DNA of 64,000 bases from Monocercomonoides exilis PA203 (Eukaryota > Protista > Preaxostyla): the NCBI GenBank assembly GCA_001643675.2, contig LSRY02000005.1:434001-498000 (forward strand). Reading direction: 5' to 3'. Below are positions 14,802 to 28,400 of the stretch, piece after piece. Numbering within the stretch: position 1 is the stretch's first letter; each line of letters starts with the position of its first letter. The position numbers and the translations under genes were made by a program. The notes beneath the pieces were generated by a model. It was not told where the DNA came from, did no database searches, and was given only the letters and a program-made list of their open reading frames with translations.

Positions 14802-16063
14802 TCAAATCTTTCTCACAGCGGTCAATGCAGCGTTAAGATACTTTGAGTCCGAATATTTTTTGTAGATCGTTGTAAATTTCATTGTTGGCGCCTTTTTCAC
14901 GAAATCTCTCATTTCCACCATGCAAGGTCTCAACTGCTCATATGTGTACCCTGTAACTTTTTCCAGTGTAGCAGTCCACGGTGGTCTGTCCATCACGCGC
15001 AAGCCGTGAGCAATCGAAGCAGCAGCAACCATCGATGGCAAATATGTAGTTGACAGCGACAGAGACATCAGGCAGAACTCCGAAATGAACCTTGCAGCCA
15101 TTCCCAGAGGAGAATCAGCCATTGCTGCCTTTGCATATCGCTTGAGGAATATCACAACAGTAGGGGCACCAAGGAAATAACGCAACTCATTAAGGATTGT
15201 TCTCTCCATCAATAGAACATCTTCCGGGCGACCTGCATCTGGAACAAATTCAAGAAGTTGCTGTATTGTTGGATAATATGTTTCTTCAAATTTGCATGCT
15301 ACATAAAAGCAAGAAACAGAAAGCAAAAGAAGTTTGTCTCGGGTGACGGCTTTCCGTGAAAGAAATCGATCCAAAAGTGAAACACAAAGAAAGAGCGTTT
15401 CCAATTGAAGTGATGATTTGAATGCAACTGAGACGTGACGGTGAAGTTGCACTTGGAAGTCCACACTTTCTTCTCTGTGTCTAAGAGTAAGATGTGGCTG
15501 CTTTGTGATGTAATTTGCTATTGGTCGATGAGTCAGCTTTAATAAATAATATCAAATTTAATTAATATCAAACAAATATAATTTAAGCAGATATGCATAC
15601 TTCCAAGTGTCTAAGATATGTATATATATCATCAACATACTGCGTGCATTGTATTTCATTATCTTTGTCATCTTCATCAATATCAATTGGAAGCTCATCT
15701 TTGGGAAAGACATACGGTCTTATTGCAAGTTCCGATGCGCTTTTAGCTTGTTCCGTCGCTTCTCTAGGTCTTGTTGGCAAAGCTGCAACTCTTGATGGAA
15801 CAGATGAATGTGTTGTTGAGCCCGAGCGAAATTCTGCATTACTCGAATTTAAAGATGAACGGAGCAAATCAGTATTTTGTCTTGAACGGCTCTAGCAATA
15901 TTTAGGAGCATTTAACGTTGTTAAGAAAAAATCAAACACGAAAATTTTGAAAATATTTTGTTAACAAAATTCACAAGGTATATACCGATAAACTTTCTCT
16001 GAGATGTTCTGTAGTTGTTGTTGTTCCGGCAACAGTTGATAAAGAAGCTCGAGGCCTTGCCAT
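14802..16063 (-). CDS. Mitotic (A/B-type) cyclin, 3 exons, ~367 aa
   Basis: Exons 16063-15986, 15891-15601 and 15536-14802 splice in frame. Motifs: QYVDDIYTYLRHLE, ETLFLCVSLLDRFLS, ACKFEE, MERTILNEL, YLPSMVAAA, IYKKYS. N-terminal RxxL D-box-like motifs (RASL, RSSLNSSN). Confidence 0.93.
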
Positions 16064-16294
16064 TACTTCCTATTTTCAGTTACAGTAATATCAATTTAAA
16101 TAATATTGACGAAAAAGGGATTATCATTGATCAGATTTTTGATGAATTGTTGGTTTTCTTTTAAAGAGTAATTATTCGCAAATTTTTTTCATCGAAAATT
16201 TATTTTATTTGAATTGTTAAAAAAATTAAATGGAAAAGTACAGTTTTTAACAATTTTCAAGTTTGTGAAGTCATTGATATGCAAATGATATTGA

Positions 16295-17009
16295 TTAAAA
16301 TCTTAATTTTTCAAAGAACCATTTGGATTCACCAGCGCGATATCTGTTTAATGATGAAAAGGGGTTAAAAAATCAATGATTCAAAGCTTAATAATATTTT
16401 ATAATGACAAACTGTTTCTGGAAGATTTTCTTGACAATTTTTCTAACATGGCGACGTTTAACTGGATCGTCAACCTTATCGAATGTGACAACATTTTTTA
16501 AGGGGAAGTTTGCGGTATATCTTGTGAAAAGAAAATGAGAAATTCATTTTCAAAAATGAATGATATATCAAATTTACAAATTCTTCAAAAAATACCTTGT
16601 TGGGAGAACGTGAGAGAAGTTAACAACTTTCACGAATGGACGCATTCCAGATTTTTGAACGGTTCTTTTTGCTGACATGTTTCTTGTAATTTTTCTTGGG
16701 CTTTTTCTCAATCCAGCAACAAGAAGACGGCTGAAGCTGTGTTGCTTTGATTTGTGGACGACTGATTTCACAATAACAGCCTTCTTTCCGGCATATCTTC
16801 CGTTAAGCATAAGAACAACTTTACCTGGTTTAAAGCTGCGATGTTTTGATTTTATGCAAGCAAATTGATAAGTGATCAAGTAATGGAAATAAATAAAGAT
16901 GCATCAACATATTGTCAAATAAGCATTTGAAAAATAAATTAAATGTAAATGTATTTTAAGGAATTGAATTAAAAACATATAATAAAGTGCCTAAAACACA
17001 CAATTTCAT
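16295..17009 (-). CDS. RPL27: 60S ribosomal protein eL27, 4 exons
   Basis: MKL|FKPGKVVLMLNGRYAGKKAVIVK..RPFVKVVNFSHVLPTR|YTANF..|YRAGESKWFFEKLRF*, matching the typical eL27 KOW N-terminus and C-terminus, with three GT-AG introns. Confidence 0.96.
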
Positions 17010-17190
17010 TTTTTTATGTTTGAGCGATTGTGCTGGGCGAAATGGGAATATATATGATCACAAATATTTTTTTTTTAAATTTTCTTTTTTCAATAATTAA
17101 TTTATTTTTCAATAAAATTTTATTAATAAAGCAAAGACAAAAATAATTTATTGTAATTTCTCGTACTAAACTTGAAAGAAAGCCCAAAGA

Positions 17191-20100
17191 TCATTTTGTT
17201 GATTGAATCAAAATATTCACTGATTCGATAGCTTCCTTGGCAGAAGGTCTTTTTTCAGCCTCAACCTCGTGGCATCTGTCCATCAACATCAGCAGCACAT
17301 CTGCTTCTGCTTCAGACAGCCCCAGGCGCTTGCAGCCCTCCGAGGCCAGAAATCTGTCTGGCCGCTCTCCAGTGCCTATCTCATCCAAGGCATCAGTCGA
17401 TGAGAGAGTCTCAAAGGGAACACAGCCTGTCAGCACCTCCCAAATAAGCGTCCCAAACGAAAACATGTCCGACTTCTCTGTCACCGTCCGCTTCTCGTCC
17501 CCTTCTGCCCGCTCGCGTTCGCGCTTGTTCGCAAAGAGCCTCTGATTGCGATGTGCTCTTAGATTCATCGGGTTATCTGCAAACACATGCTCTGTGGATG
17601 AAGATGCACCGCTATTTTCATCTGAGTTCTCGTTGCTTTCTTCTTCTTCCTCTTCTTCCAATTCTTCCAATTCTTCCTCACTCTCCTCAATCTCTTCATT
17701 TGCCCCTTCAGCTCGTTTAGCAGCAGCTCTCTCTAATCTTCTCAGCCATTCATTAATCTTCACCCAGTTTGTGTCATCTGCCTCTTTATACCCATTCTGC
17801 TTGCAGCCTGCTCCTACTCCTGCTTCATTCATCCCCAGCAGCCATATTTCAGGCGCTGCCCATCTTTTATTGTCTGCCCCGCCAGAACAGCACCACTCCA
17901 CAACAAGCGACCCTTTCTTGCGCAAAGCAAAGCACACTGAAAATGTTCTAACTGCCTCATTGAATGTGAATACATTCTCTTCAATTTTTTCATTCGAGGC
18001 ACTTTCTCCATTAGCAGTCAGACTGTCTTCTCCGGCTTTCCTCTGCGAGCTGTGGGGAATGCACAAAATTGTGTGAGAAGACAAACACCCAAAAACATGC
18101 TGTTTGTGCTGTTGCGTATGCAAATGGTGCAATCCGATGGCAACCTGCTTCAAAATGATAAGCAGCTGCTTCAGAGAAAAACGATAATTCTGTATTGGCT
18201 TGTTGGGAAGTTTTTGTGAGTGTAAAGAAGAAGAAGAAGAAGAAGCAATGGATGAAGAAGATTGCCGTAATGAGTTAGAGTCATCTTGTGGATGAAGTTG
18301 GTAATAAAGGCAATATGAACGATGGACTGCATATAAGTCGAATGGCGGATCTATTGAAATGGCTGGAATGAATTCTTTGAGTTGGCTACGCTGGCTTCGC
18401 AAAAGCTCAATTTCTGATATTTTTAAGTTAAAGGGAAATAAACGAACGCAACGAAAAAAAAGAGAGAAATAATGTTTTCATCAATTGCATTTCAAAAAAT
18501 AAAAAAGAGTCGAAAAAAGGTTGCTCGTTGAATTTCATTCGAATTCATAAATTAAAAAAAAAAAAAAGAGTTTTCATTTTCTAAATTGAATAAAAATTCT
18601 GATTTATTGTCATACCTGAAGCATCTGTACTGTCTGCCATTTTTGACTTTAATTCTTTATATTGAATGAGATGAGTGCTCCATTTGTGAAGTGTTTCGAA
18701 GGATTCGATTTGAGAAGAGGTGTTGAATGAAGAAGAAGAAGATGATGATGATGAAGTGAAAGATTCATTTGAAAGCAAATTGATAGTTTTTCCCGTTGCA
18801 TTTATTGGAGATGCATTGACTTCATTCAAAATGCAATCTTTTTTGCTCCCTCTTTCAAAGCCAGGCAACTCAAAATACGTCTGAGATTTGTCTGCCATTT
18901 CCGTTCCAATGAGCTTGTCTTCGATCTTTCCAAACACCGCCCTCAAAGAGGAGCCCTCCTTCTTTTTGCTGCCTTCAAACGCCCCAGGCATCCTCAGTGA
19001 CTCGACGCTCAGCAAACTTTCAGTCCTTTCTGAATCGTGTTCGCTTCCTTCTCTTTTCGAAGCTGACGACGAGCGTGTTTCGCTGTGCCCGATGAGCAAA
19101 TGAGTAGATTCGTCTTCCTCGTCCCTTTCCTTTTGGCGCAAATCATCATTTTTCACCCATCCCACCCTTGTCACTTCAATGTTTCTGTCAACAACTGCAT
19201 ATGCATCGTCGATATTGAACCCAGAATTGCCGTCGCCCACAAACTCCAACCCGTTTTCGTCAAAGCTCTTCATCTGCACATATTTCCCGCCTCCATCAGA
19301 AGCAAATCTTCCTTCGCCTGCAGCACCACTCCTCTTCCTCCTCCTTCCCTCTCTTTCTCTTCGATTTGCCCTCCTCCTCTTCATATACACAACCATGAAC
19401 ACAATCACACCAACAGTTACCAAAGTACATACCACAGATCCAATAATCAGTGCTGTATTTATACTTTTTTGTTTTTTTCTTTCTTCCTCTTTCAGTATTC
19501 TTTCCCTCTCTCTCTTCAGCTCTTCTTCGCTCGGACGCAACGTCAGCCAAGACGGCAATTCAACTCTTGTTGGATTTGTTTTGTTCCGTTCATTCAGAAT
19601 TTTGAATGTCTGATACCAAAGTCGAACATGTGCCACAGTTTGGTCTCTTCGTATTTGCTCCACAATTTCTGCGCTCAGCTGCAATTCTCCGATCATTTCA
19701 TTCTCCGACAGCAGAGAAAGCGAAAGAGGCAGCAGCAGATGATCAGACTTGAAACTGGAGTCTGTGAGTGTAAGTTCCAATTCTGCAGTAAGAGAGCACA
19801 AGAAGAAGTTGGCTCCAGCGATTTGAAGATATAACACAGTTGCAGCAGCAGAAGAAGAATTTGAAGCTCTGTCAGAATCATTCTCGAAATTGTTGATTTT
19901 CAAAGGAATGTCTCTATCGTTCGTATTTGGCGGATCTTTCTTCACGGTCACATTCTGAATAGCTGGCTCAAACATCAACGATGACACATCTTTCACAAAC
20001 TTTCCATCAAATTTACATCCTCTCTCTTCTTCTTCTCCTCCTCCTCCTCCTTCCTCTTCTTCTTCTCCAACTCCTCCTCCTCCTCCTCCTTCCTTTTCGT

Positions 20101-21610
20101 CTTTCTTCCATTTTCCAGAAACAAAATCGTTCAAGATCCAACGTGCCTTCGCAGCATAGGGCTTTTCTCCATTTAGCTCCTTCATGCTCTCAATTCGGAC
20201 TTTTCCACCGCTGCTGCAAACCAAATTGCGCTGTGGAGGTGTCTTTTCAGAAGATGACAGCAGAGATCCATCAGAAAGAGAAGTCACCTCTGCGAAATTA
20301 TAGTCATAATTCATTCCAAATGTGTTTTCTTTCAGAATAATCATTCCACCACCTATAACACTCAGTCCGCCATAGGAACTTTCAATGAAAGAACAGTTCA
20401 ATATTTCTGAGCCATCCATTGCGTCAATCAGAACAATCATTCCACTGCCCCACCAGCAGTAATCTGTTGCATCTTTTTCATTTAGATCGTCTTCAAATGA
20501 CTCTTCATTAATATCTCCAATATTTTTACCATGTTTTTCTTTGATTCGAGGCTGTTCAATAAACATGCAGCTTTCAAATGAAACCAAGCATTGCCGGAAC
20601 GTTCCAATAGATCCTATTCCATCTCTTTCTGTTTTGCTACCTTTTCGCGTGCAGGCCACAAATGTACATGCATTCAAATATGTAGAAAATGATTCTGAAT
20701 TATTCTGATTTCGATTTGTCGATAAAAAAGGTGAATGTGTTGAAGTGTATTCAACTGTGAAACAACTGCTTCCACCTTTTGTATTATTATTGCAACACTG
20801 CTCAAATCTACTGTTTGTCACGTGAAATTGAAGTTTTAACTTTTCATTGTTTGATAAATGCAGAAGTCCAAATTCTGAAAATGTTGATGTTTCTTTAAAA
20901 CTGCATTCGCTGATTGATATAGTTCCGCTTCCTGAATGATATAAAATGCATCTATTATTATAATGAAGCCCGATAAAAGATGTTTTACTAATTAAAATCT
21001 GAGTGTCTTCGGAAAAAATGAAGTGAACAGAGAAAACTTCATTATAATTTGTGGTAACTTGAACAATACTGCTTGATAATTTTAAAATACTATTGGCCAT
21101 AGCTTGAATCAAAGAATACTTTAATAAATCAAATGTTTGATGGTCGAATGTCAGTTTTTTAAATGCTACACAACTTCTTTCAAGTTTAAACATATTATCG
21201 TAAAGATCATTTTGCTCCAGTTTCACACTTGATCCTTTCTCAGAAGCATTAATAGGCTTCTTAAGTTTGATAATGCATCCTTTTGCGTTTTTTCCAATGA
21301 TTGTCGTTGAAGTATGTTTTAGCTCCGCCGATATCTCAGAATAATTACCAAGATCCAAATGGATCCGAGATAACTCCTTTCCAATATCAATTGAATGTGC
21401 AATTGTCCGGCATGGATCATTTTCTCCACAACTTTGATTGTCATTTCCAGAAGGTGATAAAAATAGTTCTTTTTCAAATTTTTCAAATGATGTTTGTTTT
21501 AAAAGTTTTATGTCATCTATTTTTTCATTGCACAAAAGCATGTTTTGTTCATGTAAACAAAAGCAAAAGTGTACATTTGTAAAATATAAAATAAAAAAGG
21601 AAATTATCAT
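17191..21610 (-). CDS. Single-pass receptor-like protein with a beta-helix-type ectodomain and a degenerate tyrosine-kinase-like C-lobe (~1405 aa)
   Basis: The 1009-aa and 403-aa ORFs join in frame via intron 18615-18414 (GTATG..TCAG). Features: signal-like N-terminus, CGENDPCRTI motif, TM ALIIGSVVCTLVTVGVIVFMVVYM, then RWAAPE, TEKSDMFSFGTLIWE, VPF, GERP and KRPS. No HRD or DFG. Confidence 0.85.
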
Positions 21611-22403
21611 CCAATAAAATATATTTTGGGCAAATTATTAAATAAGAAAAATCTATCTTTTCACGTTATTTCAAGTGTTAAATTATGAAAATTGTTCAAA
21701 TGAAACAATTATCAGGCAATTTTAAGTTCAAGCAAATATTCTGATGAAATAACGAATGCCGTAAGATAAAATTTTTTTGTAAAATAATTCATTTCTCACT
21801 TTATTATTTATTTATATGTTTATAAAATTCAAAATATTATTTGAAGTGTGAATCTGGATGAGCTGAAATATTTTCGATATTCTTTTTATTTTTAAATTCT
21901 AAAAATCATAAGAACTTTTTGCATTAGTTTTGAAAATAATTTCGAGAAAAAGAAAAAAATTATTTAATTCGAATTGATAAAGATAATTTATCTGTGTTTG
22001 TTTGTTATTAATTTATTGATATTAATAATTAATTGTCATATTTTGAAGATAGCTTCTTTCTGAACGCAGTTGCATCAAATTTTCGAATTAATAAACAATT
22101 TGACTGAAAAGAAATGAAATTTCGCATCTTAATTTCGTTATAATACATATATATTCCGAAAAGATTCTAATTATTTGTTTGATTTAGCTTTTTTTTTTTT
22201 TTTTTTATCAAATTTCAAAGAATTCAACTGATTTTGACATACAAAATGAAAAATTTTGTTATTCACAAAAAAATGTGATTAATGATACCTCAAAAACATT
22301 TAACTCTTGTTGTTATTAAAACAATGAATTTTTTGATCGAACTATAATAAACTATTTGTCGCCCATAATTATATTATATTTTAATTCTTTTTTTTCCTCC
22401 TGC

Positions 22404-25400
22404 ATGTTGAAGATTGTGCTTATCTGCTTATTTGAGCACATAATTGGATCATACATAAATACAAATTCAGAAAATATTGATACCATTGTTCAACCGAAAG
22501 ATGAACCGATGAAAGAACAACAATATTCGAAATGCACATTATCGACTTTCCTGCAGAACTTCGAAAACTTTTCTCAATCAGATTTGATGAAGAAAATGAA
22601 GAATATAAAAGATAATTGTGAAAATAAGAAATTGATAAAAGAGAAAACTTTCATTCATGGATGCTTCCAAGAAAAGAACGCATCGATAGGATTAAGAGCG
22701 ATGAATCTTTGCCAGTCAAAAAGAAACAGTTTATTTCTTGTTGATTCACTCTCATGTGCAAGAATCGAAGATTGCCAAATTTTCATTGAAAAAAGCCAAA
22801 CGAAGTGGATTGTGGAGAGTTTTGGAGGAAGAACTGTGCTTTCAAATGTTTCGCTTGCTCCTGAGAAATCAAAGTCTTTTGTTCCCCTCATTCAGCGTGT
22901 CGGGAGAACAAAAAACTGTTTTGAAAGCTTTTCCTCTTTGGAATTGAATTTCTGCCGTTTCTCCTCATTCTGCGTTGAAGGAACCCAACCATTTGTTGGA
23001 AGCTCTGATGCACAGGGTGTGCTTGTGAGTGGATGTGCATTCAAGAATGTTTCGCATTCAAATGTTGAACAAAATGTTTGTCCACAAAGCATGAAAAGAA
23101 ACATGCCTGGAGGAGAATACTTGGTGACAAACAGCCAGTTTTCTTCTGTGGACAATGCATATTATGGAAGCATATTTGACGGACTGACGATGCAGAGCGG
23201 AATGTTTGGGGTTTTCAACAGCTCATTTGAGAAAAGCACAAAAACAGTCATAACAACAAGATCTACGAAAACAGAAGGAGACACAGAATTTATCGATTGC
23301 ATTTTCAAAGATTTGTCTGGTGTTAATGGTGGCGCAATTGATCACATTTCAAGTGGATCGGCAACAATTATTCGTTGTGATTTTGTGGTATGTTTATTCT
23401 TTTCATATATTTTGTAGAATTTCTTTTATCATCATTTTCGCCTTTTGTAACATTGAATAAACACTTATAGAGATGTTGGAGCTTTGTTAATGATGGAGCA
23501 ATGCGGTTATGCCGAGGAACTCATAATGCTACAAACTGCACATTTTCTTTTTGTTGGTCAAACGGATTCACAGGTGGAGCAACCTTGATCGAAGGAACGG
23601 TGGGGATATATGTTGGATTGAACTTTTCTTCCTGTTGGGATGTTTATGGAGGAAATTGTGTTCACTTCAGAAACAGTCAGTCGTCACTTTTTGAATTATG
23701 TTGTTTTGTAAACGGTACAACAACAGGACATGCCGGAAGAGGTGCTTTGTTGGATTTCGGTACAGTCGTCGCAACAATTTCAAATTGTCTTTTCAAAAAT
23801 AACACAGTTCTAAATGGAAATGGGGGAGGATTTTCATGCGCAATTAGCGAAAATAATTATGCGTCAGAATTTGCATTGTCGTTCTGTTTGTTTGACAACA
23901 ATACTGCGACTGAAGGACACGATTTCTATGCTTCATCCCAATATGCGAGTGTGATAAATTCCGATTGCTTTGTGGGGTGCCGTTCGCTTTCATCGAATTT
24001 GACAAGTCGAAGAGTAGTGATTGAAGGAGGATCAGCGAGTGATGACTGGATTCCATTGTTTGTTGGAAAAGTGAATGCAAACAGTGGAAATGGAACAGAT
24101 GAGTGGATATGTGGCACAGCTGACAGGCCATGCAAAACATTGAACCATTCGCTGTGGATGTCTGATGTGAGGAGAGAAATGCAAGAGTTTGTACTTGGAG
24201 AAGGCGTATATGGGGACACTGAGCTGGCGGTGAATGCAATGGGGATGAAGTTTGAAGGCAGTGGGGCAAGTCTAACGAGCATGGAGCCAAGAGCTGAGGG
24301 AGGTGCTGGGATGAAGATCACAAGTGGAAAGCTGATTGTTGAAAAGATATGCCTGGTTCACAATTCTGGATTGTGGAAAGGATCGCATCTGCTCAAGATT
24401 GAAGGAAGGGCAGGAGTGGCAGAGCTTCGAGATGCAGTGTTGAGGAGTGAAAGAAATGCAGAAGGGGATGAGCAAGCGGAAGTGTTTGAGAAGGGCGTCG
24501 TCGAGATTGGCGATGGAGAGTTGATATGCAACAATGTTTCAATGAAATGGATGAAGAGCAAACTGGAGCTGGTGAGAATTGGTGCAGCTGGAACTGCAAG
24601 GATTGAAGCGAGCACATTTTTGGAGATTGAACGAAGTGAAGGAGATGGGAGTGTGTTTTGTGGGGTTGTGGAAGATGGAAAGGAAATGGAGCTGAACGGT
24701 ATTTCATTTGAAGGTTGCAAGTGTCTGAGCGGGAGCGGTGGTGCATTGTGGTTGGAGATGAAGATGGGAAGCAAGGTGGGGATTGGGAACACGACAAACT
24801 CTGATGTGAAGACGATGTTTAAATCGTGCAGTGCAAGAGGATCAGAAACAAGAGGGAATGGGGGAGGAGGATATGGAGGAGGAGTATATTTATATGTCTG
24901 CGAGGGGATGAGAGACTTTGTGGTGAAAAATGTTGGATTTTCGAATTGTGAGGCGAGAGCTGGGAAGAACATGTTTGTGAGTGCAGATGATTTGCAGAAG
25001 GTGATAAACACAACAACAATTGGATTTCAGCCGAATATGGATGTGTATGATGAGCTGAGTGGGTTTGAGAGGAGCACCGCAAATGAAAAGCTTGCGATCG
25101 CTCTTGTGGTGTATTTAAGAGAAGTGAGTGTGCCAACGATTGTGGGAAGCGAAGAAGGGGTGCATGATTTCAGCAGATGTGGGAGTGAAATGTTTGCATG
25201 CCGGACAATCAAAGGAGCGGTTGATGCAGTTGGATCAGCAGAAGAGCATAGAATTCGGATGAGAGAAGGATACAAGCTCGATGGCGAGGCAGTTATCGAA
25301 GGTGGTCATTTTGTGTTTGACACAGAGAATGAGTTGGGTGAAATCGTTGTTGGGACAGATACTGAAAAGCAACAGGATGCACTTCTCATGCTTTCAGCAG

Positions 25401-28400
25401 ATACACAAATTATGAAGATGACGCTGGTTCTGAAGGAGTCACTCTGTGGAAGAGAGGCGTTTGTTGATGTGATGGACAAAACGCTTTCAATGGAGAATAA
25501 CAAAATGAAGATGATGGAAGGGGTGACTGCTGTTGATTATGAGTATGTTCGAGTGACTGGAGGGAAACTGGTGATGAGGAATTGCGAGATCGTGGAGGGA
25601 AAGGATGTGATCTTTGGTGGAAATGGGATGCTATCAGTGAAAGGAGATGGAGAGTTGGAGATGGATGGCGTTCTATGCAAGGGTGTTGGATCAACAGGTG
25701 TTGATGGGATTGTGGTGGTATCATCGAGTGGAAAGAGCCATATTCACGATTGTGAGTTTGAGGGAAAGGAAGGATGCGAAAGTGGATTTGGGAAATGGAG
25801 AGGAAGCTGGAGCGTGGAGATGGAGAATGTGAGTGTTGCTGGGATGAAGCGAAGAACAGGGGATGGGGGATGCTTTGCTTTTGGAGGAGGAAATGGGATA
25901 AAGATGAAAGGGAGGAATTGCACAATGAGTGGATGCTCTGTGAGTGAAGAAGAGAGCAGCGGAGGTGGGATAAAGGTGGAGCTTGGCGTTGCATCAGAGT
26001 TTAAATTGGATGAATGGAAAGTGAATGGATGTTCTGCACAAGGAAGAGGAGGAGGGATATTTCTTTATGGATGTGCAGGATCGAAGAACGACTATGCGCT
26101 GAATGATATTGAACTTGGAGGGAACAGTGCGGCAGAAGGGAAGGATGTTTTTGTGGAGTGTGACGATCTGGTTGTGGGAGTTGTGAAGGAGAAATTTGTG
26201 GATATCAGAGGGAGAGAAGGGGAGAGCGTCGAGATGGAAGGGATTGACAGAGGATATTTCAAAGAAAGAGCTGTCTCATTGGATCTGTTTCTGAAGGAAT
26301 ATGTGGGAGACGTGGTGGATGTGAGCAGGACTGGTGTTGATGTTATTGGATGTGGGAGCGATGCGTATCCGTGCAAGACACTTTTGAGAGGATACAAGAA
26401 TGCAAAGCAATGGGAAGGGAAGAAGACTCTGAAGGTGAGTGGAGCTGTTGAGATCGAAGACAAGTTCGATGTGAGCACGCATGAAATAGTGAAGAATGAA
26501 GGAGCGGAAAGTGCGAGACTGACAGTGAAATCGGTGATTGAAGGAGAAGAAGGCAGCTATGTTCTTGGAAACACAGCAAGCATGCTGTTGAGAGGGATGG
26601 AGATAGGGCTGCCAGTCGAGTTTGTGCATGAAATAGATGTTGTAATTCTGTCAAGATCAACAGCAGGAGACGAAGAAGAGGCTGTTGTGGAGATTGAGAA
26701 ATGCACATTTGTGGGAGATGGGACTGGGGTGAGGGAATATGCAATAATGGTTGCAGAGGGTGGAGTTGTGAGGATGAGTGAATGTGAGATATCAATGATG
26801 GATATGACAGAGACAGGATTTGCCTTTCAGAGCAGTGTTGTGGTTGATGGATGCACATTTTCAGAATGCAGAAGAGCAGTTTCAGGAGAAGGAGGAGTGA
26901 TGAGGGTGGTGATTGGGAATGGAGAAGAGATGAAGATGAACAACACAAAGATGAAAACATGCAGATGCGATGGAAAGGGAGGGAAAGGAGGGTTTTTGTG
27001 GATGGACTGCCGGGGAAACGAGGCAGAGAAGCCGTTCATATTTGGTGAGGGATGCGAGATGGAAGGGAATGAAGCAGCTGTTGGAAGAAACATGTTCATA
27101 TTTGCATCGAAGCTGAACAGTTGTGTGAGTGTTAATTCATTTATGTTTGATGTGGGGAACTGGAGCAATGATAGAAATGGATTTGTGGGGAATGATAGTG
27201 TGTTCACTGATACTGATTTGTTGCGCTTTGTTATTCTGTTCAAGGGCAGAACTGTGCATGTCGCAGAAGACGGATATGATGTGATGAGATGTGGGAGCAT
27301 TGAAGATCCATGCATGAGCTTGTGGCAAGGGCTGATGCATGTTGAGGATTGTGAAGAAGAGAGAATGATCGAGATTATGGAGAATACAAGGATGGATGAC
27401 AGACTTGATGTGTCTGGAATAAAGATAGAGGCACATGGAGGAACATTGATTGAGGGGGATGCGAAGGCAACAATTGTTGTTGAAGTGAAGCAGAGGATGG
27501 AAGGTGTGGGACTGGTGAACAGCAAGAATGCGGGATTTGAAGGGATCCGATTTGAAGTTGTGAAGAATGAAGAGTGCTTGAAAACAGCAATAATAGCAAA
27601 CAATGAAGGAGTTCTGTCACTCACAAGATGTGCATTGAGCATTGAAGAGAATGAATTCGTTGGAGAGATTGTTTTTGTCCACCTGATTAAAGGAGAGCTG
27701 AAGGGAAAGGGAATTGAGATGGAAAGTGAAAGTGCGTGCAATGGAATGTTTATTGTTGAGAGCGGGTGCAGATGCATTGTGGAAGAACTGAAAGTGGAAG
27801 GATGCAAAGTGAAAAGTGGGGCATTGATATGTGTGAGAGTTGGGATGGAAGCAGATGAAAGAAAAGGGAATATTGACGATCAAGAGGCAGGGATTGGGAT
27901 TGCGAACTCGAGCATTGGGTGGGTGGATGGAGAAGGGAGTGATGCGGTTGTGGTGAAGAGCGAGGGAGAGGTGAGTGTTGGGGCAGAGGTGAATGGAACG
28001 AAAGTGGAGGGGTGCAAATGTGGAAGAAGCACAAAAGGAGGAGGGATGTGCTGGCAGATGAGCGCTGGGGGCTGGCTCCGTGTGAGTGAATGCAGCGTGG
28101 TGCAGTGTGGATGCTCTGGGATCAGTGGGCGTGGAGGAGGAGTGTATGTTGGGGCAGAGGTTGATGGGGTGTTGGACTTTGTGTTTGAGGGAGACAAGTT
28201 CGAAGGGAACACGGCATATATTGGGAGGCACATTTTTGTTGCTTGCCACAACATCTCTTCACAGATCAACGAAACACAATTTGTGATGGATTTGAGAGGC
28301 ATTTCTGGGCAGGCACACATGATCTCAGGATCAGACGCAACAGATCACAGGGATGATACAGACTTGATGCCATTCATCACGATATATCAGTCATCGACGA

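Noticed and set aside
16840-17000. Intronic snoRNA in the RPL27 gene
   Set aside because: No convincing C/D or H/ACA boxes with a terminal stem.
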